DNA of 64,000 nucleotides, taken from contig DKGG01000011.1 of assembly GCA_002453155.1 (NCBI GenBank), positions 32,190 to 96,189 of the forward strand, written 5' to 3'. The notes under the pieces are model-generated. The model worked only from the letters and a program-made list of their open reading frames with translations, did no database searches and was not told the DNA's origin. Positions 38,102 through 47,223 of this stretch are shown piece by piece. Within the stretch, counting starts at the first letter, position 1, and the number at the start of each line of letters is the position of its first letter. The translations under genes were made by a program, and so were the position numbers. The DNA is from Bdellovibrionaceae bacterium UBA6776. GTDB taxonomy: Bacteria; Bdellovibrionota; Bdellovibrionia; Bdellovibrionales; UBA1609.

Positions 38102-39330
38102 ATGAGAACTATCAATTGGGATACGGAAGTATTGATCGTTGGAGCCGGACCTACGGGTTTAACGGCCGCAATTGAATTGGCGCGCCTGGGAATTCAATTT
38201 CGAATTGTTGAAAAAAGACCTCGGAGATCCATCCATTCAAAAGCTTTAGGCATTCAAAGTGGAAGCTTTGAACAAACAATGGAGTTCAAGTTTTACGGAT
38301 CTGCTGGTTGCGAAAGGTTATAAAGTTCAGGAGGCTACTCTCCATATTTACAGGGAAAAGGAAGTTCATGTTCACTTTGGGGACATATCAAGTTCATTTC
38401 CTTACATTCTGGTGCTTCCTCAAAGTGAAACGGAAAGACAGATGGAGGAATGGCTCCAAAAAAAAATTTCAGTCTCAAGTGGACAGAGAGACAGAATTTT
38501 TAGACGTGCAAGAAAGCGATCAAAAATTGAATTTTAAACTGAAAGGCCCTGAGGGTGAAATTCAACAGGGAACTTGTCGGTATTTGATTGGTGCCGGAGG
38601 AGCCCACAGCGCCGTACGTAAATCGTTGGGACTTAAATTTGAAGGTGGCGACTACAACAATGAATTCATGCTGGGTGATGTGCATGTGAAGTCACCACAG
38701 AGAATGAAAGGCCTTCATGCCTTCTTTACAAAGGAAGGAATATTGGCATTTTTCCCGTTTGATGATTCAGGAAATTTTAGAGTGATTTATGGAGATTTTA
38801 AAAATTTTGATGCCGCTAAAAAAGATCTCACGTTGGAGGAGCTTCAATTTAAAGTGGATCAGGTGGGACCCAAAGGAATTGTCTTGTCAGATCCCAGTTG
38901 GCTCAGTCGTTTTCGTATTCATCACCGCATGGCTCCTTGTTTTCAAATGGGCTCAATTTTTTTGGCCGGGGATGCTGCTCACATTCACAGTCCCATCGGT
39001 GGACAAGGAATGAACACCGGGATTCAAGACGCCCTCAGTCTGTGCTTTAAAATTTACCTTAACCTCAGAAGAGGGGCCCCATTTGAGCTGTTGAAAGGCT
39101 ACGAGCAGGAGCGGCTGCCGATCGCCAAGGATGTTTTAAGGGCAACCGATTTGGCCACTCAATTTGCGTTGTCCAATTCGTTGTCCACACGAATGGTAAA
39201 AAAGTGGCTGCTGCCATTTCTTATCGAGCACACGCCACTTCAAAAGAAAATGGCCGAAACCATCTCGCAATTGGCGATTTCACGAAGAGATCAAAAGATC
39301 CGTTCTAATCTTAAGATTCAATATCCTTAG
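38102..39330 (+). pseudogene. FAD-dependent monooxygenase disrupted by two frameshifts
   Basis: The family-consistent sequence runs across three frames: VLIVGAGPTGLTAAIEL..KALGIQS (frame of 38102), EALNK..FTDLLVAKGYKV..PYILVLPQSETE (frame of 38259), then GAGGAHSAVRK..GDAAHIHSPIGGQGMN (frame of 38308). The shifts are near 38258-38264 and in the A9 run at 38458-38466. Confidence 0.7.
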
Positions 39331-39734
39331 TTTTTCAAACGGGTGTGCAAAAGATCTGCAAGGGCTCGGAAAGCATCAATTTCTGTAAAAATGCCTACCA
39401 ATTTGTGGTTGTCCATAACAACGGCACAGCCATATTTTTTTTCAGCCATTTCTGTGACAACTTCATCCAAAGGCGCATTGGGTGAGACAGAGTAAGGATC
39501 TGGAGAGTAAGCCTCTTCCACGGTTTCGGTTTTGGGGTCCACATCTTTAAACGTCATCACCAGATTAACGTCTCGATCAGATAAAATTCCAACCAAGGAT
39601 CCGGCTTTTAAAACAGGAAGGTGGCGAATTTTCAGCTCTTGCATCAACTCTAAGGCCTTTTCGAGCGTTTGGTCATTGCCAATGGATTTCGGAACGTAGG
39701 TCATATATTTTTGAATGTTAGGAATGGCTTTCAT
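39327..39734 (-). CDS. CBS-pair domain protein
   Basis: Two CBS motifs (RHLPVLKAGSLVGILSDRD; GCAVVMDNHKLVGIFTEID). Confidence 0.85.
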   Translation of the reverse strand: MKAIPNIQKYMTYVPKSIGNDQTLEKALELMQELKIRHLPVLKAGSLVGILSDRDVNLVMTFKDVDPKTETVEEAYSPDPYSVSPNAPLDEVVTEMAEKKYGCAVVMDNHKLVGIFTEIDAFRALADLLHTRLKN

Positions 39735-40018
39735 AGATTCTCCTTTATTTAAGCCAACAAGAGCTCTGGCTTCTTGTGGAAGGTTTCGATTGTTATACTG
39801 TCAAAGACTGTGCCACATTTGAGTCAACGGAATTGAGTATTGAGGTCAATTGAGGACAGCCTGTCTCCTTCGCTGAAAATATTAATGGAAAAAGTGTCCA
39901 CAATTCTGAGGCGATTTTTTGAATTCACAATGCCTCAGGAAGGATTTGAAAAAGAGTTTGAGATGGTTTTATAAAAGATCATTGGCAATTAAAAATTACC
40001 CATTTGAGGAGAGTGGAA

Positions 40019-40363
40019 ATGAAAAATTATCCTGAACAGTACCAAGAGCTTTGCACATGGATGGAGACTTTGGGCCAAAAAATTCCGGGGCCCATGACGG
40101 GGTTTTCAAAGTTGCATGAATCTGCAATTGCGCCAGGTGCACTGGACAGCAAGGTCAAAGAGTTGATTGCACTTGCCATTGCGATCACCGTTCGCTGTGA
40201 TGGCTGCATTGCTTTTCATGTTCACGATGCTTTGAGTGGGGGAGCAACTCCTGAAGAGATTGCAGAAACTGTAGGTGTGGCAGTGATGATGGGTGGCGGG
40301 CCTTCTGTGGTTTACGGAATCGAAGCCATGCAGGCTGTTCAGCAGTTTGAAGCTCAAAAATAA
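40019..40363 (+). CDS. Carboxymuconolactone decarboxylase/AhpD-like family protein
   Basis: KELIALAIAITVRCDGCIAFH (CxxC) and EEIAETVGVAVMMGGGP. Confidence 0.85.
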   Translation: MKNYPEQYQELCTWMETLGQKIPGPMTGFSKLHESAIAPGALDSKVKELIALAIAITVRCDGCIAFHVHDALSGGATPEEIAETVGVAVMMGGGPSVVYGIEAMQAVQQFEAQK

Positions 40364-40366
40364 AGA

Positions 40367-41074
40367 TTATTGGGCAGGGTCGTCGGCGTCTTGAAGACCT
40401 GATTGAAAGTGGCGATCCTGCAATTGATCCACCAAAAGATCCAGAAAATTCAAATGATCAAGGTGTTGGTTGAGTCCTGCCAGAACAAGAACTTGGTGTG
40501 AATTTGCACGAGAGTTTTTCAATAGAAATTTGTGGAGACTCAGTTCAGGAAAAGTTTCTTGCAGCCACTTATTTAGAATCTGCAAATTTTGATCAGAGAT
40601 TTCGGTCCATCCTAAAGAAAGATTGATCCATGACGATTTGCTTTGGGGGCTGTGATTGATATTAATCGCCACAGGTTCAACGGGGCTGATATTAAACGGA
40701 CGTCCCCAAAAACTATTGAAATGAACTTCTTTTCCTCGGGTTTTTCTTGTCACGTAAGCTCTGCCATCCCAATGGGTGCGCCCGATGATGCGCTTCCAGC
40801 GTTGAATGGGCTGCAGCCGGTAGATCAGTTGATCGGTTTTTTTCTCGGACTCTAAAAACGAAGGATCAAAGCCTGTTAAAATCCCAAAAATTTGATTTTG
40901 GACAAATTCAAACTCAGGTCCATTTTCTTCCAGATGGGAAAGGATGTCCTTTGACAGTTCTAGCAGCTCTTTGTGAGAGGGCGGAGATTTCAAAAGTCCC
41001 GCGCAAGGTTCCTCGCTGAAAGCACGCAAGGGAATAAAAGAAGTAAAAAGTGCGATCCAAATAAGCAATTTCAT
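40367..41074 (-). CDS. Secreted hypothetical protein
   Basis: Signal peptide MKLLIWIALFTSFIPLRAFS starting from the ATG at 41074. Confidence 0.55.
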   Translation of the reverse strand: MKLLIWIALFTSFIPLRAFSEEPCAGLLKSPPSHKELLELSKDILSHLEENGPEFEFVQNQIFGILTGFDPSFLESEKKTDQLIYRLQPIQRWKRIIGRTHWDGRAYVTRKTRGKEVHFNSFWGRPFNISPVEPVAININHSPQSKSSWINLSLGWTEISDQNLQILNKWLQETFPELSLHKFLLKNSRANSHQVLVLAGLNQHLDHLNFLDLLVDQLQDRHFQSGLQDADDPAQ

Positions 41075-41215
41075 GGCGTCTACGGAGTTAGACCTGCCCT
41101 TGATTGAAGTCAAAATATATCGATTTTTAAAACGGACTTCCGCATATTTTACAGGGATATATGGCCCCTGAGGGCTCGATGAGGTAAGCTTTTTTTTTCA
41201 ACGAAAGGAATTCCC

Positions 41216-41563
41216 GTGGAAACTCCACTTTGCCCCAAATGCCAATCGGAACACAGTTACGAAGATCGCGGGAATTTGGTTTGTGCCCTTTGTGCCCACG
41301 AATGGAATCCCAAAGAGGAAAAGGCTGTTGCTGAAGCTGCAGCTCCGGTTTTTAAGGACGCCTATGGAAACATCCTTCAAGACGGAGATACAATTACCGT
41401 CAATAAAGATCTCAAGATCAAAGGATCTTCATCGGTTGTAAAAGTGGGAACCAAAGTGAAAAACATTCGTTTGATGGATTCCGGGGACGGGCATGACATT
41501 GCCTGCAAGATTCCTGGAATTGGCGAGATCAATTTAAAATCAGAATTTGTCAAAAAAGCTTAG
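41216..41563 (+). CDS. phnA: PhnA/YjdM zinc-ribbon protein
   Basis: CPKCQSEHSYED..LVCALCAHEW N-terminus; C-terminal DGD.ITV.KDLK.KG....VK.GTKVKNIRL..GDGHDI.CKI. Confidence 0.85.
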   Translation: METPLCPKCQSEHSYEDRGNLVCALCAHEWNPKEEKAVAEAAAPVFKDAYGNILQDGDTITVNKDLKIKGSSSVVKVGTKVKNIRLMDSGDGHDIACKIPGIGEINLKSEFVKKA

Positions 41564-42432
41564 GAAAATTGGTCGATCAATTCTTGAGTGGTCTTCCCCA
41601 CACCTTCCTCAATACGGTAATAGAGTTTAGGTTTAAAGGTATGGCGGTTTTTCAATTCGGATTGGAGGGGAATCAGCAAACCCTTCTCCATCTCTTTTTC
41701 CATCATGTATTCCGGCAGCCAACCAAAGCCAAGCTTCTGTTCAATGGCCAATTTTTTTGAGGTGAAATCATTTACAGTAAATGAAGTTTCAAATGAAATA
41801 GACTCGGTACTGAGTCCCAATTGACCATAGGTTTCTCTGACTTTGATATAAGTTTCTTTCTGAAGGTCGTTGACGGACCACTTGGCTCCTTTTTCGTGAT
41901 TCAAAGCGTGATCTTTGTGAGCCACCAAATGCATTCGAATGGGAGGGAGTGAAATGGACTCTACCTGGGGCAAGGTGAAGGGCAAAATCGTAACCATGAG
42001 ACTTCCCGGTTCGGACAAAAACTTAGCTTTGACCTCGTCTAAAAATGCAGCTTCGATGCGAAACTCTGTAGGCACTTTTGATTTTTGCAAAAACGAAAGG
42101 GCTTTGGCGATGGATCGAAAATCAATCACACCATCATAGAACAGCTGTAGCTTCGCTTCCCAACCCGATTGCAAATGATTGCAGGCCTCTTCCAAATCTT
42201 TTGTAGCTTTTAAGATGCGGCGACAATGCTTCAAAACAATCTCGCCTTCAGGACTCAGTTGGTTGCGGTAACCTTTGCGATCAAAAAGCTGTAGGTTCAA
42301 TTGGGACTCCAAACCTTTTAAAAGGTACATGACCGCAGAATGCCCCTTACGAAGCTCTTGCGCGGCCTTTTGCAAAGTTCCCCTGCGGGCCACAGCGTCT
42401 AAGGCTTTGGCCTGGTCGATCGTTATCTCCAT
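41560..42432 (-). CDS. LysR-family transcriptional regulator
   Basis: HTH IDQAKALDAVARRGTLQKAAQELRKGHSAVMYLLKGLE; divergent from hppD. Confidence 0.9.
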   Translation of the reverse strand: MEITIDQAKALDAVARRGTLQKAAQELRKGHSAVMYLLKGLESQLNLQLFDRKGYRNQLSPEGEIVLKHCRRILKATKDLEEACNHLQSGWEAKLQLFYDGVIDFRSIAKALSFLQKSKVPTEFRIEAAFLDEVKAKFLSEPGSLMVTILPFTLPQVESISLPPIRMHLVAHKDHALNHEKGAKWSVNDLQKETYIKVRETYGQLGLSTESISFETSFTVNDFTSKKLAIEQKLGFGWLPEYMMEKEMEKGLLIPLQSELKNRHTFKPKLYYRIEEGVGKTTQELIDQFS

Positions 42433-42548
42433 GAAATTACAATAAACTATGTCGAAATATCTGACAAAATATATCTAATTTCTGCGCTATATTTTGACAA
42501 TTTAACCTTTTATCCTAAGGAAACAGGGCGTATGTGAAGGAGGACGGA

Positions 42549-43583
42549 ATGAGTCAAAATCCCTTGGGGTTAAATGGAATCGAGTTCGTGGAGTTTTCAA
42601 CCAATGAGCCGGAAAAGTTACACCAGCTTTTTTTGGACTTTGGATTTTCAAAAGTGGCCAAACACAAAGAGAAGAACATCGACCTTTATGGTCAAAACAA
42701 CATTCATTTTCTTTTGAATTATGAAAAAGACTCCTTCGCGGACCAATTTCAAGAGTCACATGGTCCATCCATCTCCTCCATGGGATGGAGATTTAAAAAT
42801 CCCGAGCAGGCTTACAAGTTGGCTCTTCAACGGGGGGCGCAGGCCTGCGAAGAAGGGGATTATCAAATTGGAAATCATAAGGTTCCTGCGATTTACGGAA
42901 TTGGCGACAGCTTGATTTATTTTGTAACCAAAGACCGATTTTCTTACGAAGATTTGGGTTTCGAAAAACTTCAAGACCCCATTGTTGTTCCTGAAAAGGG
43001 ATTTTTGATGATCGACCACCTGACCAACAATGTTTACAAAGGAACCATGGAAAGATGGGCGGCCTTTTATAAAGATGTTTTTGGATTCGAGGAGGTTCGC
43101 TATTTTGACATTAAAGGGCAAAAGACCGGCTTAACCTCCTATGCATTAAAATCTCCCTGTGGACTTTTCTCTATTCCGATCAATGAAGCGGATGAGGCGA
43201 AATCTCAAATCAATGAATATTTGGATGAATACAAGGGACCCGGGGTTCAGCACTTGGCCTTTTTAACTCGAGATCTGTTGAAATCCCTTCACGCCCTTGA
43301 AAACACAGGAATTCAAACCTTAGACATTGCACCAGACTATTATGCCAGTGTTTTTCAAAGAGTTCCTGAAGTGAAAGAAGACAAGTCAGAAATCGAACGC
43401 TTGAACGTGTTGGTGGATGGCGATGAAAAAGGTTACTTGCTGCAAATTTTTACGAAGAATGTGGTTGGTCCCATTTTTATTGAAATGATCCAAAGGGAAA
43501 ACCATCTGTCGTTTGGAGAGGGAAACTTTCAGGCTCTTTTTGATTCGATTGAAAGAGATCAAATTCGTCGAGGAGTTTTATAA
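42549..43583 (+). CDS. hppD: 4-hydroxyphenylpyruvate dioxygenase
   Basis: NPLGLNGIEFVEF start; GPGVQHLAF; YLLQIFT; FIEMIQR..FGEGNF.ALF.SIE.DQ.RRG. Confidence 0.9.
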   Translation: MSQNPLGLNGIEFVEFSTNEPEKLHQLFLDFGFSKVAKHKEKNIDLYGQNNIHFLLNYEKDSFADQFQESHGPSISSMGWRFKNPEQAYKLALQRGAQACEEGDYQIGNHKVPAIYGIGDSLIYFVTKDRFSYEDLGFEKLQDPIVVPEKGFLMIDHLTNNVYKGTMERWAAFYKDVFGFEEVRYFDIKGQKTGLTSYALKSPCGLFSIPINEADEAKSQINEYLDEYKGPGVQHLAFLTRDLLKSLHALENTGIQTLDIAPDYYASVFQRVPEVKEDKSEIERLNVLVDGDEKGYLLQIFTKNVVGPIFIEMIQRENHLSFGEGNFQALFDSIERDQIRRGVL

Positions 43584-44128
43584 TGATTCAAATTCAGCAA
43601 ATCCATCATGTGGCCTACCGATGCAACGACGCAAAGGAGACCGTTGAGTTTTATAAAAAATATCTCAATATGGATTTGTTGGTTTGTATTGCAGAGGACA
43701 AGGTTCCTTCAACCAAAGAGCCGAATCCCTACATGCATGTGTTTTTAGATGCGGGCCAAGGAAACATTTTGGCTTTTTTTGAACTGACGGGCCAAGAAGA
43801 AATGGGGTTCGATCCTAAAACTCCCAGATGGGTTCAACACATTGCCTTTCAGGTGAAGGACGAGGCCGCATTGCTTGCGGCCAAAGAAGAGCTGGAGAGT
43901 CGGGGCATTGAAGTTTTGGGAGTGACCGAGCATGGAATCATTCGATCCATCTACTTCTTTGATCCCAATGGCCATCGTGTGGAGTTGACTTGTGTGACCG
44001 GCACTCCTGCACAGCTCAAGAACCTAAAGGAGATTGCTCCACAAATGCTCGAAGAATGGAGTCAGACGAAACAGCCGCCTCGACAGGCGGCTTGGCTTCA
44101 TGAGGGAGAGTTTAAAAATCTCAAATAA
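43583..44128 (+). CDS. VOC-family (extradiol dioxygenase/glyoxalase fold) protein, translationally coupled to hppD
   Basis: IHHVAYRCNDAKETVEFY..VQHIAFQV..FFDPNGHRVEL; start overlaps the hppD stop (TAATG). Confidence 0.8.
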   Translation: MIQIQQIHHVAYRCNDAKETVEFYKKYLNMDLLVCIAEDKVPSTKEPNPYMHVFLDAGQGNILAFFELTGQEEMGFDPKTPRWVQHIAFQVKDEAALLAAKEELESRGIEVLGVTEHGIIRSIYFFDPNGHRVELTCVTGTPAQLKNLKEIAPQMLEEWSQTKQPPRQAAWLHEGEFKNLK

Positions 44129-44142
44129 TTTGCAGCAGAAAG

Positions 44143-44535
44143 TTAAGATAAACTTTGAATGGCTTGTTCGAGGTTCTTTTCGGCGGCGGAGATCTCTTCA
44201 GATTTTCCCACGTCCTTTAAGAACTCAAGCATGGCTGTGGGTCTCATTGCTTCGATCTTAACTTTTCCAGACTCAACTTCTGTAACGGCGATGTTGCATG
44301 GAATGAGTAGGGCCACATCTGTGGACTGCTTGTAAGCGTTGTAAGCAAGCTTTGGGTTGCAGGCGCCAAGAATCACGCAAGGGTTCATGGTTTCACCCAA
44401 CTTTTCTTTAATTTTTTGATCGAAATCGATTCGAGTGAGAATTCCAAAGCCCGCAGGCTTAAGTGCCTCTTGAAGTTTTTCACAAACTTGAGCGACATTT
44501 CCATCTACTGTTTTTGAAATTGCAAGAGAACTCAT
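44143..44535 (-). CDS. DUF302-domain protein
   Basis: GFGILTRIDFDQKIKEKLG....CVILGACNP..A; I chose the ATG at 44535, after GGAGG. Confidence 0.8.
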   Translation of the reverse strand: MSSLAISKTVDGNVAQVCEKLQEALKPAGFGILTRIDFDQKIKEKLGETMNPCVILGACNPKLAYNAYKQSTDVALLIPCNIAVTEVESGKVKIEAMRPTAMLEFLKDVGKSEEISAAEKNLEQAIQSLS

Positions 44536-44681
44536 TTTAAACCTCCGAAAAAAAGAAATGGATTCAATGAACAAACATATTATATAGATAGTGAAAGTAA
44601 ATCTATGAGTGACGCAGTCTTAACGCGAGGACTTGCTCACGTACCAAGGACAGTGGAATTTTTTTTCAATCGGAGCAAAGC

Positions 44682-45035
44682 ATGAATTCAAATTTCTTAT
44701 TTTACATTGGTGCTGGATTGATCGGAGCCTTTTGGCTCAGTCGATTTTTAAAAATGAAGAAAAACAGGCAGCGAGTGCCTCAGCTTTTAAACCAAGGTGC
44801 TGTCATTTTGGATGTCCGAACTCCCGCAGAGTATCGGCAGGGGAGTCATCCTAAAAGTATTAATATTCCTCTCGATGAGCTTTCGGGCCGCTTTGAAGAG
44901 TTGAGCAAGGACAAGCCTGTGATTCTTTGCTGTGCTTCCGGCGCAAGAAGTTCCCAGGCAGAATCTCTCTTGCGCGCGAAAGGATATGATCAGGTTCTGA
45001 ACGTGGGTCCATGGAGAAACACTCTTACCAATTGA
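44682..45035 (+). CDS. Rhodanese-domain sulfurtransferase with an N-terminal TM anchor
   Basis: ILDVRTPAEYRQGSHP.SINIP and active-site loop ILCCASGARS. Confidence 0.85.
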   Translation: MNSNFLFYIGAGLIGAFWLSRFLKMKKNRQRVPQLLNQGAVILDVRTPAEYRQGSHPKSINIPLDELSGRFEELSKDKPVILCCASGARSSQAESLLRAKGYDQVLNVGPWRNTLTN

Positions 45036-45213
45036 CCTTGCCTTTGTGCTGATCCGAGACCTTTCGGCCGTGGGATTTCTTAATCATCACTGTCATACGA
45101 AGATTGATAATTAAGAATCTTAAAAGTTGCCAAGGCAAAAACGACCGCAAAAAAAGTGTACCTTTGGTGGGTCGGGGAGCTGGGTATTTCTTCGCATCAT
45201 TGAGAGAACTCAT
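45025..45213 (-). CDS. Possible small membrane protein (62 aa)
   Basis: ATG 6 nt after an AGGAG that overlaps the SQR-like stop codon; one hydrophobic segment; otherwise unsupported. Confidence 0.3.
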   Translation of the reverse strand: MSSLNDAKKYPAPRPTKGTLFLRSFLPWQLLRFLIINLRMTVMIKKSHGRKVSDQHKGKVNW

Positions 45214-45222
45214 CTTTTTCTC

Positions 45223-46677
45223 CTATTCCGGAATGATCCACCAAAGTGGAAGTGCTTTGGCCTTATAAATAAAAGCATAGTGAAGAAGCTTTTTAATCCA
45301 ATGACCTGCGGATCCAATTTCGCCGGTGGTGTGTGTGAGGCTTCGGCCATATTCTGGATATTTCTTAAAGTCTTGCACAATGGGGTACATGGTCATTGAG
45401 ACCGCACTTCCAATCAATGCATTGGCTCCGGCAGAGGCTACGCAGGCCGCTCCCAATTCAGACATAGACCCTTCATAGGTGGGCTGATCTGATTTGTTTT
45501 TAATCATTTGAGTGATGGAGTTTGCCACCAAACGTGCCATGACGGCCGAAGGCATTCCGGTTCGAGGTGGTGAGGGCGTAATGGGAACGCCATTCGCACT
45601 CTTTCGAGGTTTTGAAATGGGATGGGGAGGAGCGAAGGCAATTCCAATGGCAAAAATGTTCTTATATTTAGTTTGGTAAGTCTTCGGCCAATCCTCTGGA
45701 CCCCACTCCTCATAAGGCTTTCCAGAGTAATCCGCATCCACCTTCATAAATCCGCCGGCATTAAACAATTCGGAACTGATGTCTTTGTTGTTCTTGTCAA
45801 AGGCCATCAAGGGCACACCTGTAAAAGGCGGTAAAAGCATGGCAAAATCAAAAGAAAGCTGATCTTTTTTGCCATCCAAAGTTTCATACTCAATAGTGCT
45901 TTCATCTACACGGTGGACGTGAGCCCCAGTGATCCAATTCACATCCCGCTCCACAAAGAGCGATTCTGCAAAAACTTTGCTGGGCGTTACGAAGCCTCCG
46001 TTTTTGAGATGAAGTCCGCCCACTCCGAAGTCCCCCAACTCGGCTTCATTGGTAAGGAACACCAACTTGGCTTTGTCGCGAACGCCTTTTTGTCTCAATT
46101 CGAATTCCAAATTGAAAATGTACTCGAAAGCGGCGCCTTCGCAGGTGCAAAGTCCATGGCCCGTTCCTACAACCAAGGTTTTCTCTTTTCCAGACTTCAT
46201 TTCTTGGATCAGATTTTTAAGGGCATGGGCTGTTTCTTCGGCGTGGTCCGCGGTGCAAACAGAGTAGGTGTGACCGTTGTCCGGGCCGAGGCCTGGTGTG
46301 GCTCCAAAGTTGAGTTTCGGTCCGGTGGCGTTAATCAAGAAGTCATATTCTTCTTCAATGACGGTGCCGTCTTTGTCGAATTCTGTGGAGACCGCTTTTA
46401 CATAAGGCTTTGAATGAGTCGCATCTCCCTCGGGATAGATCTCCATGGCACGAGCTTGATGAAATTGAATTCCGGCCCGCTTGTAGACTTTCTTAAGATC
46501 AAAGGTCACGTCCTTTGTGGTCATCTCGCCAACGCCCACCCATATATTAGACGGGATCCAATTCCACAGTTGATTTGGACTAATGACTGTTACTTGATGC
46601 TTTCGGGAAAGCTTTTTCCTTAAGATAAGGGCCGCTGTGTGGCCGGAAATACCCGCTCCCATAATGAGGATCTTCAT
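45223..46677 (-). CDS. FAD-dependent pyridine-nucleotide-disulfide oxidoreductase, sulfide:quinone oxidoreductase-like
   Basis: MKILIMGAGISGHTAAL Rossmann start; overall SQR-like layout; sulfur-related genomic context. Confidence 0.7.
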   Translation of the reverse strand: MKILIMGAGISGHTAALILRKKLSRKHQVTVISPNQLWNWIPSNIWVGVGEMTTKDVTFDLKKVYKRAGIQFHQARAMEIYPEGDATHSKPYVKAVSTEFDKDGTVIEEEYDFLINATGPKLNFGATPGLGPDNGHTYSVCTADHAEETAHALKNLIQEMKSGKEKTLVVGTGHGLCTCEGAAFEYIFNLEFELRQKGVRDKAKLVFLTNEAELGDFGVGGLHLKNGGFVTPSKVFAESLFVERDVNWITGAHVHRVDESTIEYETLDGKKDQLSFDFAMLLPPFTGVPLMAFDKNNKDISSELFNAGGFMKVDADYSGKPYEEWGPEDWPKTYQTKYKNIFAIGIAFAPPHPISKPRKSANGVPITPSPPRTGMPSAVMARLVANSITQMIKNKSDQPTYEGSMSELGAACVASAGANALIGSAVSMTMYPIVQDFKKYPEYGRSLTHTTGEIGSAGHWIKKLLHYAFIYKAKALPLWWIIPE

Positions 46678-46848
46678 GATGGCCTCCTTATTTAGACCTG
46701 ATCTCAAAATTATAGGCCTCAAAAAATCCACTTGCAATTGATTTATATAACTATTAGTTTATAAATATATGTACTAATGATGCCGATAGGTAGATGAGTC
46801 CGGAAAAACAAAGGCTTAAAAGGCACGGGCAGGAAACGAGGGGGCAAG

Positions 46849-47220
46849 ATGCCAAAAAGAAAACAAAAAAAAATGACTCAAACCAAGACGATTTATGACC
46901 TGCAGGCAGAAATATGCTCCGCTTTGGCGAATCCGGTTCGCCTCCATATATTAGACCTGCTTGCGGAAGGAGAGAAAACTTCCACGGACCTTCTGGAGGT
47001 TTTGGAAATTCCCAAAGCCAACCTTTCCCAGCATCTGTCTGTTTTGAAAGACGCGGGAATCATTCAATCTCGCAAAGAAGGCCTTTATCACTATATGAGC
47101 TTGGCGATCCCAAAGATCAAAGATGCCTGCAGTTTGGTTCGCAGCGTCCTTGCGGAAAAGATTGTCCTTGAAGAAAAGAAAAATTCTGAACTGATTCGTG
47201 AGCTCAAGGCTCAGAGGTAA
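46849..47220 (+). CDS. ArsR/SmtB-family regulator with two Cys (BigR/SqrR-like arrangement)
   Basis: EICSALANPVRLHILDLL..LSQHLSVLKDAGII; second Cys in KDACSLV. The start may be the second ATG at 46873. Confidence 0.85.
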   Translation: MPKRKQKKMTQTKTIYDLQAEICSALANPVRLHILDLLAEGEKTSTDLLEVLEIPKANLSQHLSVLKDAGIIQSRKEGLYHYMSLAIPKIKDACSLVRSVLAEKIVLEEKKNSELIRELKAQR

Positions 47221-47223
47221 AAC

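Noticed and set aside
46425-46445. TGGCACGAGCTTGAT as a sigma-54 promoter
   Set aside because: The spacing between the GG and GC elements is off by one, TTGC is not matched, and the site lies inside and antisense to the SQR-like coding sequence.
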